From contig JBJHDK010000017.1 of assembly GCA_050486505.1 (NCBI GenBank), forward strand, positions 1 through 38,094: DNA of 38,094 nucleotides, given 5' to 3'. How positions within the stretch are numbered: the first letter of the stretch is position 1; every line of letters begins with the position of its first letter. Position numbers and translations under genes: made by a program. Under the pieces are notes generated by a model. It did not search any database, was not told where the DNA came from, and was given only the letters and a program-made list of their open reading frames with translations. The DNA comes from Fibrobacteria bacterium. Its GTDB lineage: Bacteria > Fibrobacterota > Fibrobacteria > UBA11236. Shown here piece after piece: positions 35,931 through 38,094 of this stretch.

Positions 35931-36158
35931 CTACTCGCTCCTCCTTCGGGCGTGGATCAGCTCGTTTTCACCCACGGACCGAACCTGCGAAGTCTCCAGC
36001 GTCACCACGGCAGCGGTCTTTCCATCCAGTGTGGTAAACTCCACCTCGCAGCCTGCTCCATCACGATACAGGTGCACGACGGTTCCCACGTCTCCGGGAA
36101 CCAGGCCGTGCGCAGGAACCGCGGTGGTCAGAACGACGCGTTCATGCTCGCGAATCAT
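35931..36158 (-). CDS. DUF4926-like protein (SH3-like, predicted antitoxin/immunity)
   Basis: IREHERVVLT...HGLVPGDVGTVVH...EVEFTTLDGKTAAVVTL; AAAGGAG SD. Confidence 0.82.
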   Translation of the reverse strand: MIREHERVVLTTAVPAHGLVPGDVGTVVHLYRDGAGCEVEFTTLDGKTAAVVTLETSQVRSVGENELIHARRRSE

Positions 36159-36501
36159 CGCTGACTCCTTTCATCGGGTATGCGGTCACGAGACGTGGGA
36201 ACGCTATGTCGTTTTCGAGGATCCATATCATGCGTACACCGTGTTCTCTGCCTTCAGGTGAAGCGATGAAGGCATCCTGAATATACTTCCGGCCATGTTC
36301 GCTCACGTCGATTCCAACGATACGGCCGCTTCGTGCCGCATGGCATAAGGCCGATTCGAGGTCAGGCCAGTTTTTGGGATAAAACCCCATGGAATGGAAG
36401 AATCGGGCTTTGCCCCCGTTTCCCGGGTGTTGCGAGTTCAGGAGATAATCGGTCAGCTTGCGGCGATCGATTCGGGCGAGATGCGCATTCGGGAGTTCCA
36501 T
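36142..36501 (-). CDS. DUF6883-like protein (predicted toxin partner of DUF4926)
   Basis: LPNAHLARIDRRKLTDYLLNSQHP...GKARFF..GF...HGRKY...WI...PRLVTAYP; overlaps the DUF4926-like gene. Confidence 0.78.
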   Translation of the reverse strand: MELPNAHLARIDRRKLTDYLLNSQHPGNGGKARFFHSMGFYPKNWPDLESALCHAARSGRIVGIDVSEHGRKYIQDAFIASPEGREHGVRMIWILENDIAFPRLVTAYPMKGVSDDSRA

Positions 36502-36510
36502 GGAACCCGG

Positions 36511-36553
36511 AATCTACCGCATATCCGTTTATTTCGTCGTGACGGCGGTCACC
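36511..36553 (-). promoter_or_regulatory. Predicted class II CRP/FNR-type promoter of the DUF6883-DUF4926 pair
   Basis: CGTGACGGCGGTCACC at 36538-36553 and -10 TAGATT at 36516-36511; same spacing as at comEA. Confidence 0.5.
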
Positions 36554-36567
36554 ATGCTCGTCAGCTT

Positions 36568-36600
36568 GTCCACAATGCATTTTTCGACCGAAGGTTCAAG
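36568..36600 (+). pseudogene. C-terminal remnant of the small toxin-like gene that usually precedes DUF2283
   Basis: Encodes VHNAFFDRRFK directly before the DUF2283 SD; no plausible upstream body for the gene. Confidence 0.45.
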
Positions 36601-36608
36601 GAGTCACC

Positions 36609-36803
36609 ATGCGAATCAAGTACTTCTCTGATACGGACACGGCATTTCTGGAGTTCGTGAAACGCCCCGTGGCGGATACGCTCGGCATTAGCGATGACAT
36701 CTATGTCGATCTGGATGCCGAAGGGCGGCTGGTGAGCATGACCATCGAGCATGCCAAGGAATCCGCCGGGTTCCGCGAGGTCGAGCTGGTGGGGGTGGGG
36801 TAG
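36609..36803 (+). CDS. DUF2283-family protein (predicted antitoxin)
   Basis: MRIKYFSDTDTAFLEF...ISDDIYVDLDAEGRLVSMTIEHA; AAGGAG SD. Confidence 0.85.
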   Translation: MRIKYFSDTDTAFLEFVKRPVADTLGISDDIYVDLDAEGRLVSMTIEHAKESAGFREVELVGVG

Positions 36804-36812
36804 GGGGTTCAG

Positions 36813-38094
36813 CTACTGAAACTCCCTGAAGCCCTCCAGCACTTGAGCGAAGGTCTTGGGCCGGTACTTCTCGAACCCTTCCTGATCCACATACACGAAA
36901 TCATACCGCACCTTCGACTGCACGCGGTTCAGGTCTTCGCACCACTGTTTCAGCCGCGCCATCTTGTGCGGCAGATCGAGTTCTTCGCGCCCCTTGGTTT
37001 CAACCACCACCAGCCGGTTCCCCGGTAGCTTCACGAGAAAGTCCGGGAAGTAGTTCGACACGTCACCGTCGGCCTTGACATAGTCGAGTTTGAAGCCCAC
37101 CGCCAGGTAGTTCTTCGCGTACGACACGATGTCGTCCTCCGGGCAGGCTTCGAGAAAGGACGCGAAATCGAGTTCGAAGCCACGGTCGCCGATGATGCGG
37201 TTGAAGATACTGCGCTTAGGCACCAGATACCCTTGATTCCGCGCCACGAACGGGCGGGTGTCGCGCAATTTGATGGTATCGCGAATCTCCGCGTCGCCCC
37301 GATCCCGCACCGTCAGGGCATTGATGCCCTTCTTCAACGACTCAGTCAGAATCTGCATTGTCGCCGGCACCGACAGATTGCGCAGTGTATTCAGGTCGTC
37401 CAGATTCACCGGGTGGCCGAACAGATGATCCTGTACGAAGGATTTCACCTTGCCGAAGAGAACGTCGTACCCACTTACCAGTCGGAGTTCCTTCATCAGT
37501 GACTGCGCGAAGAATCCGATCACGCTGCCGGAATCGATCAGACCAGAGCCGTCAAGCTCCGTTGTGTGTGTGATTTCTCCCGTCGTGATATCCTTGAACA
37601 CGATTTCGCGCTGTTCCTCTTCCGTAAACTGCCGATACACCATCTTTGGGTTTCCCAACGCGGCCGGATCCAGTTCCGCAAGGTTCTTGTACTCCCGGTA
37701 GATGCGTGGGGTCAGCAGGGGGATTTCGATGTCGAGCGTATCCAGATCCTTTTTCCCGTTCCCGGCGTTCTCCAGATCGACCTCGACCACCAGCGGCGCC
37801 GTGGGTCCACTCCCCGAGCCCATGGGTTTGCGCTCCAGCTCCACGCCTTCACGCTGGATCGACTCGATGAACTCCATGAAGTCCGGCGTACCCACCACAC
37901 TCACGTATTCCTCGACGTTTCCGGGGTACATCTTGCGCAGGCCGCGGCCGAGGGTCTGCTCGGGCAGTATCTTGTTCTGGGCTGCGTAGGCGCGCAGGCC
38001 CACGATGGTGGTCACATTGCGCACGTCCCAACCCTCCTTCAGCATCATCACCGACACCACGGCCTTGTAGGGACTTTCCAGGCTGTCGATGTTG
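36813..38094 (-). CDS. Type III restriction enzyme Res subunit, C-terminal part (5' truncated by window)
   Basis: VSVMMLKEGWDVRNV and EQTLGRGLR helicase motifs; C-terminal YFPDFLV...VETKG PD-(D/E)xK nuclease. Confidence 0.88.
   Translation of the reverse strand, partial: NIDSLESPYKAVVSVMMLKEGWDVRNVTTIVGLRAYAAQNKILPEQTLGRGLRKMYPGNVEEYVSVVGTPDFMEFIESIQREGVELERKPMGSGSGPTAPLVVEVDLENAGNGKKDLDTLDIEIPLLTPRIYREYKNLAELDPAALGNPKMVYRQFTEEEQREIVFKDITTGEITHTTELDGSGLIDSGSVIGFFAQSLMKELRLVSGYDVLFGKVKSFVQDHLFGHPVNLDDLNTLRNLSVPATMQILTESLKKGINALTVRDRGDAEIRDTIKLRDTRPFVARNQGYLVPKRSIFNRIIGDRGFELDFASFLEACPEDDIVSYAKNYLAVGFKLDYVKADGDVSNYFPDFLVKLPGNRLVVVETKGREELDLPHKMARLKQWCEDLNRVQSKVRYDFVYVDQEGFEKYRPKTFAQVLEGFREFQ

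Noticed and set aside
36394..36660. 88-aa plus-strand ORF as an intact toxin for DUF2283
   Set aside because: Its first part is antisense to the DUF6883-like gene and its promoter; only the VHNAFFDRRFK segment looks genuine.

Overview
High-GC bacterial chromosomal window, probably from Fibrobacterota (inferred from a TIGR02147-like gene paired with a lipoprotein; a futalosine-pathway mqnC is consistent). In order it holds: the end of a copper/silver RND efflux cluster (cusA-like, TolC, CusB+DUF3347-like, TRASH/YHS lipoprotein); mqnC; coaE-polA; a DUF349-like protein; a redoxin with a DsbD-N-domain protein; a FecA-like TonB receptor with a Fur-like box; a three-gene plus-strand block (small exported protein, 1531-aa SpvB/TcB-like YD-shell protein without an RHS core, sensor-less sigma54 activator); rhomboid-coaD-rsmD; pilN/pilM-like genes and comEA; priA; a TIGR02147 gene with an FN3/kelch lipoprotein; and the edge of a defence island (several toxin-antitoxin-type genes and a type III restriction Res subunit). 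No rRNA, tRNA, CRISPR array or transposase was recognised. The most notable signals are: (i) a CRP/FNR-like palindrome at identical class II (-41.5) spacing before comEA and before toxin-antitoxin modules, (ii) the orphan TcB-like shell locus with matching non-canonical sigma54-like motifs, (iii) apparent leaderless starts at eight genes, and (iv) a palindromic element lying in frame in the TolC N-terminus. All family assignments come from motif recognition by eye, not database searches.
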